From an uncultured Candidatus Saccharibacteria bacterium (GTDB lineage: Bacteria; Patescibacteriota; Minisyncoccia; Phycocordibacterales; Zambryskibacteraceae): a stretch of DNA of 52,061 nt. The first letter of the stretch is position 1. Each line of letters begins with the position of its first letter. The stretch covers positions 1 to 52,061 of the forward strand of contig CAZDXF010000004.1 of NCBI GenBank assembly GCA_964509605.1, in the 5' to 3' direction. A program made the translations under genes and the position numbers. Shown in pieces: positions 28,743 through 37,542 of this stretch. Under the pieces are notes generated by a model that saw only the letters and a program-made list of their open reading frames with translations, was not told the origin of the DNA and did no database searches.

Positions 28743-29177
28743 TCAGGTCATCATCAGGTCGGAGGGGATGTCGACGAAGCGTCGACATCGGCCCTCCGGG
28801 TCCATGACCCGGGCGCCGGTACTCGGCAGGAGATCGCCGGAGCTCGTCATGAGCGCCGGGTACAGCATCGCAGTCGTTTCGTAAACGTGGTCCAGGGCCG
28901 TGAAGACGGCGCTGGAGGGATCGGCGTTATCGCCGAGGATGATGCTCGCGGGGCTCGCCCGCGAGAGCGCGTCGCCGGCCATGGCCGGGCTGAGGTCCAC
29001 GAAGATCGTCATCTCCATCGTGCTGGCGCCCGTCACGGGGGCCGGCAGGTCCTGCGTCGCGTTGTCGTACTCCATGACCTCATTGACCGAGGGCGGCGGA
29101 TCAGTCGCGTGGGCGACCGAGGCCGACATCGGCACCGCCACCAAGGTGGCGATGAGAGCCATCGTCCGAAGGCGCAT
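28743..29177 (-). CDS. Hypothetical secreted protein, 144 aa (GC-rich cassette 3, the most GC-rich)
   Basis: Signal peptide MRLRTMALIATLVAVPMSASVAHA and SD aaaggagtatgaATG. Hand counts: 28801-28860 is 43/60 G+C, against 24/60 for 28441-28500 inside ileS. Confidence 0.6.
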   Translation of the reverse strand: MRLRTMALIATLVAVPMSASVAHATDPPPSVNEVMEYDNATQDLPAPVTGASTMEMTIFVDLSPAMAGDALSRASPASIILGDNADPSSAVFTALDHVYETTAMLYPALMTSSGDLLPSTGARVMDPEGRCRRFVDIPSDLMMT

Positions 29178-29246
29178 TCATACTCCTTTCGGCTGGTTGT
29201 GAAGCCAATATGAGCGGATACTCACATTGGGTACATCTAACAATCC

Positions 29247-29275
29247 ATTATACACCCTTATTCACTTTTTGTCAA
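29247..29275 (-). promoter_or_regulatory. Consensus sigma70 promoter of cassette 3
   Basis: The minus strand reads TTGACA (29275-29270), a 17-nt spacer, then TATAAT (29252-29247). A second tttgacaaaaag copy lies 15 nt upstream. Confidence 0.6.
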
Positions 29276-29336
29276 ACAATATTTAGGCTTTTTGTCAAAA
29301 AGCTATATTTAAAGCCATTTTTAAGGCAATACCGCT

Positions 29337-31031
29337 CTACATCCTTTCTGGAGATTTAATCCCCAACACAAAAAGTCCATTTTTTAAAACTTGACCCACA
29401 GATTGTGCAACAGCTACCCTATGTCCTGATAAAGGATCACTAGAATCAACAATCTGGTTTTTTGCATAATAAGAATTGAAAAGACCAGCAACTTGAACAA
29501 GAAAAGAAATTATAGATTGGGGCGAAAGGTTTTTATAAGCTTCTTCAACAACTTCCGGGAAACGAACAATTCTTTTTTCAAGCTCTCCAACTTCTTCATT
29601 CATCAGTTTGGGCTCTACCTCCTCTTCTTCAGCTTTCTTCAAAACAGAATTTATTCTGGCATTTGTATATTGCAAGTATGGACCAGAGTCCCCTTCAAAA
29701 GAAACCGCTGAATCTAGATCAAAGATTGCATCCTTGCCAATATGCTGTTTCAAAATTGAATATTTCATCGCACCAACTGCAATGTTTGAAACTAGTTCCT
29801 CTTCTATATTAGTTTTTTCAGAAGAAGACATCTTTTCTTTTATTTTTCCACTCAAAGAATCCAACACAAACTCTGCCGTAATAACATCTCCGGTGCGAGA
29901 AGACATTTTGCCTGTTGGGAGGCGAAGCATACCGTGTCCAATGTGTCGCGTTTTTTGAGCTAAACTAGGAAAAATTTCTGAGAGAGCGGTGAGAAGAACT
30001 TCAAAATAAGAATTTACTTCGTTTCCAGTAATAACTATTGAAGAGTCGTACGGATACAGATCGTATTTTATTTTCGCAAGTCCCAACTCTTTTGCTTCAT
30101 AAGTAGGTATTCCATCTTTGTTTACAAAAACCCTTGTATGGAGTTTCTTGTCTCTTTTTTCACCTCTATAAACAATAGCCCCGTCGCTTTCTTCAAAAAT
30201 ATTAGGAGTATTTTCTTTTACAATATTTATTCCAAACTCCCCTGTCTCGCTTTCATAAAAATAAAAATCAAACTTTGTGCCAAGTTTTCTGTAAATTGAT
30301 TCAAAATATTCCAAAGTCAAAGTCCTACCTACCATATAAATCTGATTTATTTCAGGATCAGTCTCTTCATAAATTTTTTTATTAACCTCTATTACAAATT
30401 TTTTAAAATCTTCGTCCTCATCAAAAAGCTTTGATCCTTCGGCATAAGAAACCGCCACATCTTTTTCAGAAAACCAATCAGTCCCGGTCTTTATTTTATG
30501 GGCCACGGCTCTAGCCACATGGATCCCCTTGTCTCCTGAATAACACGCTCTTTTTACTTCCGCTCCATTCCACTCAATTATCCTAGAAATCGCTTCGCCT
30601 ATGGCATTGCTCATCGCATGCCCAATATGAAATTCTTTAAAAGGATTTGGATCCGTATATTCAACTATTGTTCTCAAACCAGAAAGATTTTGGTTTTTGC
30701 CATACGAATCGCCTTCTTTTAAAATTTCTTTCAAAGAAGATAGGAAAAAATCTTTATTTAATCTGAAATTTATAAACCCTGGTTTTGCCACCTCAACGCT
30801 TTCTACAAAATCTGGTTTTTCTTTCTCAAGCTCTTCTTTTATTTTCTCCGCCAATTCAAGTGGATTTGTTTTGAGAGTCTTGGCAGAAATCATTGCCACA
30901 TTTGTCGCATAATCTCCGTGAGAAATATCCTCTGGATGTTCCACAGCAAAATCCGCTTGTTCTATAGCAAGATTTTTCAATACTTTTTCAATACTTTTTC
31001 TTAAATCACCTGAAACCATTTGCTGTATCAT
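29337..31031 (-). CDS. argS: Arginyl-tRNA synthetase
   Basis: NPFKEFHIGHAMSNAIGEAISR (HIGH-type), a C-terminal DALR anticodon-binding region, and a terminal M; 564 aa. Confidence 0.9.
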   Translation of the reverse strand: MIQQMVSGDLRKSIEKVLKNLAIEQADFAVEHPEDISHGDYATNVAMISAKTLKTNPLELAEKIKEELEKEKPDFVESVEVAKPGFINFRLNKDFFLSSLKEILKEGDSYGKNQNLSGLRTIVEYTDPNPFKEFHIGHAMSNAIGEAISRIIEWNGAEVKRACYSGDKGIHVARAVAHKIKTGTDWFSEKDVAVSYAEGSKLFDEDEDFKKFVIEVNKKIYEETDPEINQIYMVGRTLTLEYFESIYRKLGTKFDFYFYESETGEFGINIVKENTPNIFEESDGAIVYRGEKRDKKLHTRVFVNKDGIPTYEAKELGLAKIKYDLYPYDSSIVITGNEVNSYFEVLLTALSEIFPSLAQKTRHIGHGMLRLPTGKMSSRTGDVITAEFVLDSLSGKIKEKMSSSEKTNIEEELVSNIAVGAMKYSILKQHIGKDAIFDLDSAVSFEGDSGPYLQYTNARINSVLKKAEEEEVEPKLMNEEVGELEKRIVRFPEVVEEAYKNLSPQSIISFLVQVAGLFNSYYAKNQIVDSSDPLSGHRVAVAQSVGQVLKNGLFVLGIKSPERM

Positions 31032-31060
31032 AGCACTTTGAAAACAATGGAAAAGCCCGG

Positions 31061-31711
31061 CTAAGTGCCGGGCCCCGTGTTCGGTTTTCCAAAGAACGGC
31101 TCAAGAATTCTCAAGCAGTCAATCAGAACTTTCTCTCTAGGCTGAGATCCATCAACCACTGAATGTGGAACTCGAGAGAAAAACTCAGAGAGACCTTCTG
31201 CAACCATTCGATGAAAGCTGTGTTCTCTCTCATCAAAGTGTGTAGTTTCTTGAGACTTATCTCGCGCTCGTCTCTCAACTCCAACTTCGACTGGAACCTG
31301 GACCAGAATATAGAGATCTGGAGCGAGTCCTTGGTCTACAAGAAGAGATTTTCTAATAGACCAAAAAAGTGGTTCAAGTTCCCTGTTTTGAGGAGCAACG
31401 ACTTGATAGGCAAATGTTGACTCATCAAAACGGTCGGCTATCACACCGATTCCGCTAGAGAGAGCTTTTTCCACAACCAAAGACAAGAGGTTCGCTCTGG
31501 CGCAGAAAAAGTGAAGGAGTTGAGTGACTGGGCTCCATCCTGCTCCCACGCTTGAGAGTACTTCTTTTCGAATCTTTTCAGACAAGTCAGTTCCGCCCGG
31601 CTCTCGAACATAAACCAAAGCGTCTCCGTAAAGTTCTCTGATCTTCTTGATGAGGGTGGTCTTGCCAGCCCCATCAGGACCAGAAATTACAACAAACTTG
31701 CCTCTTGTCAT
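31061..31711 (-). CDS. tmk: Thymidylate (dTMP) kinase family protein, intermediate GC, SD-led
   Basis: P-loop FVVISGPDGAGKTT, REPGGT, DRF motif; SD ttaggaggcgggtATG. A hairpin terminator (gcccggc/gccgggc) overlaps the stop codon. Confidence 0.8.
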   Translation of the reverse strand: MTRGKFVVISGPDGAGKTTLIKKIRELYGDALVYVREPGGTDLSEKIRKEVLSSVGAGWSPVTQLLHFFCARANLLSLVVEKALSSGIGVIADRFDESTFAYQVVAPQNRELEPLFWSIRKSLLVDQGLAPDLYILVQVPVEVGVERRARDKSQETTHFDEREHSFHRMVAEGLSEFFSRVPHSVVDGSQPREKVLIDCLRILEPFFGKPNTGPGT

Positions 31712-31856
31712 ACCCGCCTCCTAAGAGTAAAAGAGCGTTTCCTTGAAACAAATTACACTAATTCAAACACTTGGCAACCGTTGACAATAAAATCAAAAAG
31801 TAGAAAATTGCTTTTGGAATAAGAACCTTCTCATCACACTAAACGCGGAGAAAACG

Positions 31857-32687
31857 ATGCTTGAATATCTTGATGCTATGAGAGACATCATTGAAAATGG
31901 AGTAGATCGCCCTGGAAGAAACGGCGACACTAGGGCTATTTTTTCCATTCCCATGCGTTTCAACATGGACGACGGTTTCCCAGCTGTAACCACCAAGAAA
32001 CTTGCTTTCAAATCAATGACTGCGGAGCTTCTCTGGTTTCTTGAAGGTTCAGGGGACGACAACCGACTCAAGGAAATCGTCGGCAGAAAACGCACCATCT
32101 GGACCGACAATGCCGAATCAAGCTACTGGTCTCCAAGAGCTCGTTTCCCTGGTGATTTGGGGAGAATATACGGAGTTCAGTGGAGGCATTGGATGAAACG
32201 GGACGGCCAGGAAGTAGATCAAATCAGGAATTTGATCGATGGACTTCGAAACAACCCGTTTGATCGACGCCATGTCGTAACGGCATGGAACCCTGGAGAA
32301 CTTGGTGAAATGGCTCTCCCGCCATGCCACATGTTCTTCCAGCTCTTTGCCTACCCAGACGGAAGACTCTCTCTTTCAATGGTCCAGAGAAGTTGCGACA
32401 TGTTCCTCGGGGTGCCTTTCAACATCGCGTCATACGCCCTCCTTCTCTCCATGATCGCCCAAGTCGTAGGCATGAGACCTTATGAGTGCATCTTTCTTTT
32501 CCAAGACGCACACATATACCATGCACACTTTGAGGCCGTACTTGAACAGCTTTCCCGAAAGCCGTTTGAACGGCCAAAACTCTGGCTCAACCCAGAAGTA
32601 AGGGAAATTGATGAGTTTAGCCTAAAAGACATCGAGCTTCGGAACTACAATCACCACCCGGCAATTGAAGCTCCGATGATCGTTTAG
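31857..32687 (+). CDS. thyA: Thymidylate synthase ThyA
   Basis: RTGTGT-like (DRPGRNGDTRAIF), LPPCHMFFQ (catalytic Cys), DAHIYHAH; 276 aa. Confidence 0.95.
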   Translation: MLEYLDAMRDIIENGVDRPGRNGDTRAIFSIPMRFNMDDGFPAVTTKKLAFKSMTAELLWFLEGSGDDNRLKEIVGRKRTIWTDNAESSYWSPRARFPGDLGRIYGVQWRHWMKRDGQEVDQIRNLIDGLRNNPFDRRHVVTAWNPGELGEMALPPCHMFFQLFAYPDGRLSLSMVQRSCDMFLGVPFNIASYALLLSMIAQVVGMRPYECIFLFQDAHIYHAHFEAVLEQLSRKPFERPKLWLNPEVREIDEFSLKDIELRNYNHHPAIEAPMIV

Positions 32688-32691
32688 ACAG

Positions 32692-32730
32692 ACACCCCCC
32701 GAGCATTAGGACGCTCTCGGGGGGTGTTTT
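32692..32730 (+). terminator. Rho-independent terminator after thyA
   Basis: acaccccccgag-cattaggacg-ctcggggggtgt followed by TTTT. Confidence 0.75.
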
Positions 32731-32755
32731 GATTCTATTTTGATATAATCTACTC

Positions 32756-33415
32756 ATGGCACTATCCGATAAAAAAATTCTGGAAGAGATGAAATCTGGA
32801 AATATAATAATTTCCCCTTTCAAAAAAGAAAATCTTTCAACTTCAAGCTACGATGTGACACTTGGCGAATACTATTTCAGAGAACAACCGCCAAAGTATC
32901 ACCACAATCTTTACAACATTTACAACAAAGGACACACCGACGAGGTCTGGGGAACAAAAGCTCTAAAAGCGCAGAAAGCAAAAGATGTTTTTGATAAATT
33001 CAGATTTGAGTACAAGGGCATTAATCCAAATGACAAAATAATTTTGCTTGAACCTGGAGAAACAATTCTTGCGCACACAAATGAATTTATTGGTGGCAAA
33101 AACCACATAACCACAATGATGAAAGCTCGTTCTTCAATGGGTAGAAATTTTATAGAAGTATGCAAATGCGCTGGCTGGGGAGATGTTGGATATACAAACC
33201 GTTGGACAATGGAGATCACGAACAATTCCAGCCATTACGCCATTCCCTTAGTTGTCGGCAGGAGAATTGCTCAAATAATATTTTTTGAAACGGGAGAAAT
33301 AATAAAGAGTGATTATTCTCACTCGGGCAAATATCAAAACAAAGAATCCCTTTCGGAGCTAAAGAAAAAATGGAAACCAACAGATATGTTGCCGAAGCTT
33401 TATAAAGATGTTTAA
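32756..33415 (+). CDS. dcd: dCTP deaminase family protein (long form, possibly bifunctional dCTP deaminase/dUTPase)
   Basis: LSDKKILEEMKSGNIIISPF...SSYDVTLG N-terminus and ARSSMGR..; 219 aa. Confidence 0.82.
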   Translation: MALSDKKILEEMKSGNIIISPFKKENLSTSSYDVTLGEYYFREQPPKYHHNLYNIYNKGHTDEVWGTKALKAQKAKDVFDKFRFEYKGINPNDKIILLEPGETILAHTNEFIGGKNHITTMMKARSSMGRNFIEVCKCAGWGDVGYTNRWTMEITNNSSHYAIPLVVGRRIAQIIFFETGEIIKSDYSHSGKYQNKESLSELKKKWKPTDMLPKLYKDV

Positions 33416-33468
33416 AGAAAACACCGCCCCAGTAAACCGGGACGGTGTTGTGTGCAACCTAAGTAACA

Positions 33469-34320
33469 CTACTCACTTCCGGGCGCAGGAAGCTTCCTGC
33501 GCTTGAGGAGTTGAACAAGAGACAGGACGATCAGTCCAGAAGCCAGCAAAATCATTGTGGCTGGCTCTGGAACAACCGTTGAAGCCCCGTAAAGAACCTC
33601 GTCGGTCAGAAGACCTTCCTTATAAGCCCAGCTATCCTGTCCGAGCTCAACAGATGCTCGGTAGTAAAGATCAGCAGTAGGATCGTAGAAGATCCCGGCC
33701 ATCTGTCCTGACACTGCATTCGGCCTGATCATGGACTCAAAGAGCCCCGACGAGGCGTTCCAGACCGCCGAAGAGAGGAAGGACGCTGTGAGCGAAATGC
33801 TCCAATCAAGGAACACCCCTCCGTTCGCAGCGTTCACACCGTTCCACAGTCGCCCGCAATCTTCTGGCGGAATCGTGGAACACCCCTGAATGGTCGGGCC
33901 TCCTTGCGCAAACATCTGAAAGATTGTTCGCGAGGGATCAGCCCAGCTCATGCTCATAGACGAAACGGAACCAGCGTCGGTGTCGTACACCTGCCAGAAG
34001 CCGACATTGGTGTTATTGGGGTTTGTATTCGGAACCCCGGTAAACCAGTTCGTCAGCATGTAAGCGAAATACGACTGACTTCCCCCATAGTGGGGAGTGT
34101 TCATCCCCATATAGAGGGCGAGGTCCCTTGTGGGGAAATCGCTCGCATAGAGCTGGTTCACACCCTGCTGGGCATCAGAGAGAGAGTTGTATGCCGACAG
34201 CAAGCCATTCCCATAGGAAAGGCTGTAGTCGTACACAAACCCTGACTGAGCAGAGACATCTGTCCGCCCGAGAGCCAGAAGGGCAAACAGGGCAAACAGG
34301 AGACCTCTCATTTTCATCAT
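33469..34320 (-). CDS. Secreted protein with a C-terminal PEP-CTERM sorting signal (GC-rich cassette 4)
   Basis: Signal peptide MMKMRGLLFALFALLALGRTDVSA. The C-terminus reads VPEPATMILLASGLIVLSLVQLLKRRK, i.e. PEP, then a TM helix, then a basic tail. SD ccggaggaaaATG. Confidence 0.75.
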   Translation of the reverse strand: MMKMRGLLFALFALLALGRTDVSAQSGFVYDYSLSYGNGLLSAYNSLSDAQQGVNQLYASDFPTRDLALYMGMNTPHYGGSQSYFAYMLTNWFTGVPNTNPNNTNVGFWQVYDTDAGSVSSMSMSWADPSRTIFQMFAQGGPTIQGCSTIPPEDCGRLWNGVNAANGGVFLDWSISLTASFLSSAVWNASSGLFESMIRPNAVSGQMAGIFYDPTADLYYRASVELGQDSWAYKEGLLTDEVLYGASTVVPEPATMILLASGLIVLSLVQLLKRRKLPAPGSE

Positions 34321-34373
34321 TTTCCTCCGGTTAGGGTTTTACTTGGAATTGCACTGAAAGGAGCGACAGCCCC

Positions 34374-34401
34374 AAAATACTTATTGAGACGAATTTGTCA
34401 A
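34374..34401 (-). promoter_or_regulatory. Candidate promoter of the PEP-CTERM cassette
   Basis: The minus strand reads TTGACA (34401-34396), a 16-nt spacer, then TATTTT (34379-34374). Confidence 0.45.
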
Positions 34402-34403
34402 AT

Positions 34404-34437
34404 ACAAAATAGCCCCGACAAGTCGGGGCTATTTTGT
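34404..34437 (-). terminator. Rho-independent terminator after rplK
   Basis: acaaaatagccccgac-aagt-cggggctattttgt. Confidence 0.7.
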
Positions 34438-34447
34438 ATTTGATTTT

Positions 34448-34870
34448 CTATTTTACTTCAACACCCATGGATCGAGCGGTGCCTTCTATTATTTTCATCG
34501 CTCCTTCAATATCATTTGCGTTTAAATCTGGCATTTTTTTCTCGGCAATTTCCTTTACTTGGGCTTTTGTAAGTTTGCCAACCTTGCTTGAAACATTTTT
34601 TCCGGATCCTTTTTCTGCACCTATAGCTTTGAGTATCAAACTTGATGCTGGAGGAGTTTTGAGAATGAAATCAAAACTTCTATCTTCGTAAACACTTATC
34701 TCAGCCGGAATTGTCTGTCCCATCATTTCTCTAGTGGCATCATTAAACTTGGTGATAAATTCACCAATGTTTATTCCCGCCTGACCCAAAGTTGGCCCCA
34801 CTGGAGGTGCCGGGGTTGCCTTGCCTGCTGGCAAAACCACTTTTAGTTTTTTAGCTACTTTTTTCGCCAT
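34448..34870 (-). CDS. rplK: 50S ribosomal protein L11
   Basis: [31 protein letters not shown] and [12 protein letters not shown]. Confidence 0.96.
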   Translation of the reverse strand: MAKKVAKKLKVVLPAGKATPAPPVGPTLGQAGINIGEFITKFNDATREMMGQTIPAEISVYEDRSFDFILKTPPASSLILKAIGAEKGSGKNVSSKVGKLTKAQVKEIAEKKMPDLNANDIEGAMKIIEGTARSMGVEVK

Positions 34871-34982
34871 GATTGGTTCTTAATTTAGAAACACAGAATA
34901 ATGAATTGGTGCGTGAAAGTCAAACCGCTTTTACCTCGCCTGCGAAAGGGCGGGGTTAAAAGATTTATACTCACTGCGTTCG

Positions 34983-35528
34983 TTAAATCTTTTTAACCTG
35001 CAAGAAGTCCAGCTCGACGGGAGTTTCTCTGCCAAACATTGATACAAGAACCTTAACTTTCCCTCTTTCTTGATCAATTTCTTTAATTTTTCCTTCGAGC
35101 TCTTTGAAAGGACCATCTACAATGAGAACAGAGTCATCAATTGAAAGTTCAACTTTATGCAGTGCCTTGTCAGCATTCATTCTTCCAAAAATTGAGTCCA
35201 CTTCCTTTTTATCAATTGGTACTGGATATACTCCAGAACCAACAAATCCTGTGACACGAGGAGTGTTTCTGACAACATACCAAGAATCATCTGTAACGAC
35301 CATATCTACTAAAACATAGCCGGGGTATATTTTTTCCTCCTCTTCCACTCTTTTACCTCCCTTTATTTTTATCTTCTTTTCAGTGGGGACAAGGACATCA
35401 AAAATTTTATCTTCCATTCCCAAAGATTCAACTCTCTGTTTGAGATTCCTCATAACAGCATTTTCATATCCGGCATAAGTATGAATTGCATACCAATTTC
35501 TACCTTCTTGTATTTTTTGTTTTGACAT
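34983..35528 (-). CDS. nusG: Transcription termination/antitermination factor NusG
   Basis: WYAIHTYAGYENAV (NGN domain) and a C-terminal KOW (VLIVDGPFKELEGKIKEID). I take the ATG at 35528. Confidence 0.9.
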   Translation of the reverse strand: MSKQKIQEGRNWYAIHTYAGYENAVMRNLKQRVESLGMEDKIFDVLVPTEKKIKIKGGKRVEEEEKIYPGYVLVDMVVTDDSWYVVRNTPRVTGFVGSGVYPVPIDKKEVDSIFGRMNADKALHKVELSIDDSVLIVDGPFKELEGKIKEIDQERGKVKVLVSMFGRETPVELDFLQVKKI

Positions 35529-35552
35529 AACTTGAAAGATCTAATTAGCAAA

Positions 35553-35732
35553 CTAAATAACAATAAGTTCCAAAAGAAAAGAAAATATGAAGTCCAAAAA
35601 TCCAAGATAAAAAGCGACCACTAAAGAAATTGCAATAACTATAAAGGTAAAGATAAATGACTGCCTTCTGGTTGGCCAGCTGACATGTTTCATTTCGCCT
35701 TTCGTGTCTCGGATATAATTTATTAATCTCAT
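35553..35732 (-). CDS. secE: Preprotein translocase subunit SecE (59 aa, in a different frame from the listed ORF 35545..35805)
   Basis: Hand translation: MRLINYIRDTKGEMKHVSWPTRRQSFIFTFIVIAISLVVAFYLGFLDFIFSFLLELIVI. It has the SecE motif and lies upstream of nusG. Confidence 0.75.
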   Translation of the reverse strand: MRLINYIRDTKGEMKHVSWPTRRQSFIFTFIVIAISLVVAFYLGFLDFIFSFLLELIVI

Positions 35733-35857
35733 AAATAAAATATAGATTGGTAATTTGTCCTTTGAGTATTCCTATAGAATTTGGCTTTTCTCTATAAAAA
35801 AACACCCCGCGGGTGTTTTTTTATACTACGCTTATGACAGAATTTGTCAAATCAAAT

Positions 35858-36649
35858 TTATCTTATCTCGTAAACAATAGTGACATTTGAGACAATTCTG
35901 TTTTCTCCCGTAGGCAAGTTTGGTCTGGATTCAGGTAGAGCTTGATCTCCCCCCATCCCCAAAGCCATTTCTGATTTGTAATAAATCGGATAATCTCCAG
36001 ATTCAGAAAAACTTACAATTTTTACCAATTTTACTTTCAAATCCTTTGATAGTTGACGCGCTTTTTCACGAGCATCCTCAATGGCCATTTTTCTCGCTTC
36101 GGCCTTGAGAGTTTCTTCGTCATCAATAGTAAAACTCAAACCACTGACATTTGTGGCTCCGGTACTGCCGAGAGATCCTAGAATTTCACCAGCTTTGTCT
36201 GTGTCTCTTACCTTAACAGAAATTGTCTGATTGACCTCATATCCGACCAGCTCTGATCTTCCTGGTGGACAAGGGTAGGTGACGCAAACAATTTGATTGT
36301 ACTCATACTTCGGATAAGCGCTGTAGTCTAAAGTTTTGATATCTCTGTCTTCAATTCCAAAAGATTTAACTTTTTCTATCGCCTTATTTATCCTCTCTGT
36401 TACAAAATCTTGAGCTTCTCCAACTGTTTTACCAGTATAGCTTACGCTGAATGTGAAAGAAGCCACATCAGGCACTGCAAAAACTTCCCCCTCACCCGAA
36501 ACAGATATCGTATTAGGATATCCGGCCCCACCTATGTACCTGTACTCTTTTATAGAGCTTACAAGTTGCATAAACAAAAACGCTGTTAAAACCAAGACCA
36601 GTATCGGAGCGTACTTCCAGAGACGGGCCTTTCCTTCATTTCCTTCCAT
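35858..36649 (-). CDS. SIMPL/DUF541-domain protein (membrane-anchored)
   Basis: ISVSGEGEVFAVPDVASFTFSV...AIEDAREKARQLSKDL pattern; 263 aa. Confidence 0.72.
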   Translation of the reverse strand: MEGNEGKARLWKYAPILVLVLTAFLFMQLVSSIKEYRYIGGAGYPNTISVSGEGEVFAVPDVASFTFSVSYTGKTVGEAQDFVTERINKAIEKVKSFGIEDRDIKTLDYSAYPKYEYNQIVCVTYPCPPGRSELVGYEVNQTISVKVRDTDKAGEILGSLGSTGATNVSGLSFTIDDEETLKAEARKMAIEDAREKARQLSKDLKVKLVKIVSFSESGDYPIYYKSEMALGMGGDQALPESRPNLPTGENRIVSNVTIVYEIR

Positions 36650-36705
36650 ATTTTTAAATTAACTAATAATTTTTCTACCTTTGAGACGAATTATAGCACC
36701 CCTTC

Positions 36706-37542
36706 TTACAAATCGCCCGTACAAACATCTGCAAGGTTTTCAAACAGAGACAAAACGGTCATAGGGCCCACTCCCCCAGGAACCGGAGTTATGGCTGAAA
36801 CAATTTTAGAAACTCTGTCAAAATCAACATCTCCCACCAAAGAACCGTCTTTCTGCCGGCTAATACCAACATCAATTATTACCTGACCAGTAGAAACGAA
36901 ATCTTCGGTTATAAATTTTGGTTTTCCAATAGCGGAAATTAGAATTTGCGCATTTTTTGTTTTTTCTTTTAGATTTTCTGTTTTGCTGTGACAAATTTGC
37001 ACCGTCGCGTCTCGATTGATAAACGCTAGTGCTGTCGGTTTTCCCACCAACTCCGACCTTCCAATAATGCAAATATTCTTTCCTGAGATTTCTATTTTGT
37101 AATATTCAAGAATTTCCAAAATACCTCTGGTAGTAGCTGGGACAAGACCGTTTCCTCCCCCCATCAGAGCTTTAATATTTTCTCCAGAAAGACCATCTAT
37201 ATCTTTTTTTGGATTTATTGACTGAGAAATTTTGGATTTGTCTAAATGATTGGGTAATGGAAACTGAACAATAATTCCTTGAAATTCTTTGTCAGAATTA
37301 TAAATTTCAATTTTTTTTATTATTTCTTCATTAGATACCGATTCTGAAAAAGACTCTCTCTTAACTTCTACCCCGATAGAATTTCCAAAAATTTCTTTCT
37401 GTCTAATATATGCATCCGAAGCCGGATTTTCACCCACTTGAAAAACTGCCAATTTGGGCACAAACCCCATCTTAGAAATTTTCTGAGAAAGAATAGACTT
37501 TTTCTCGTCTCTTATTTTTCTACCATCAAGAATTTTAGGCAT
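36706..37542 (-). CDS. folD: Bifunctional methylenetetrahydrofolate dehydrogenase/cyclohydrolase FolD
   Basis: ILDGRKIRDEKK.., NPASDAYIRQKE, VIGRSELVGKP, and ITPVPGGVGPMT. Confidence 0.92.
   Translation of the reverse strand: MPKILDGRKIRDEKKSILSQKISKMGFVPKLAVFQVGENPASDAYIRQKEIFGNSIGVEVKRESFSESVSNEEIIKKIEIYNSDKEFQGIIVQFPLPNHLDKSKISQSINPKKDIDGLSGENIKALMGGGNGLVPATTRGILEILEYYKIEISGKNICIIGRSELVGKPTALAFINRDATVQICHSKTENLKEKTKNAQILISAIGKPKFITEDFVSTGQVIIDVGISRQKDGSLVGDVDFDRVSKIVSAITPVPGGVGPMTVLSLFENLADVCTGDL

Noticed and set aside
28713-29213. The + strand ORFs of 166 and 100 aa in the very GC-rich island.
   Set aside because: Long open frames on all strands are expected at this G+C level. Only the minus-strand ORF has an SD, a consensus promoter, a signal peptide and a downstream terminator.
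35545-35805. The listed 86-aa ORF upstream of nusG.
   Set aside because: Its sequence has implausible composition. A different frame on the same strand (35553..35732) gives a textbook 59-aa SecE.
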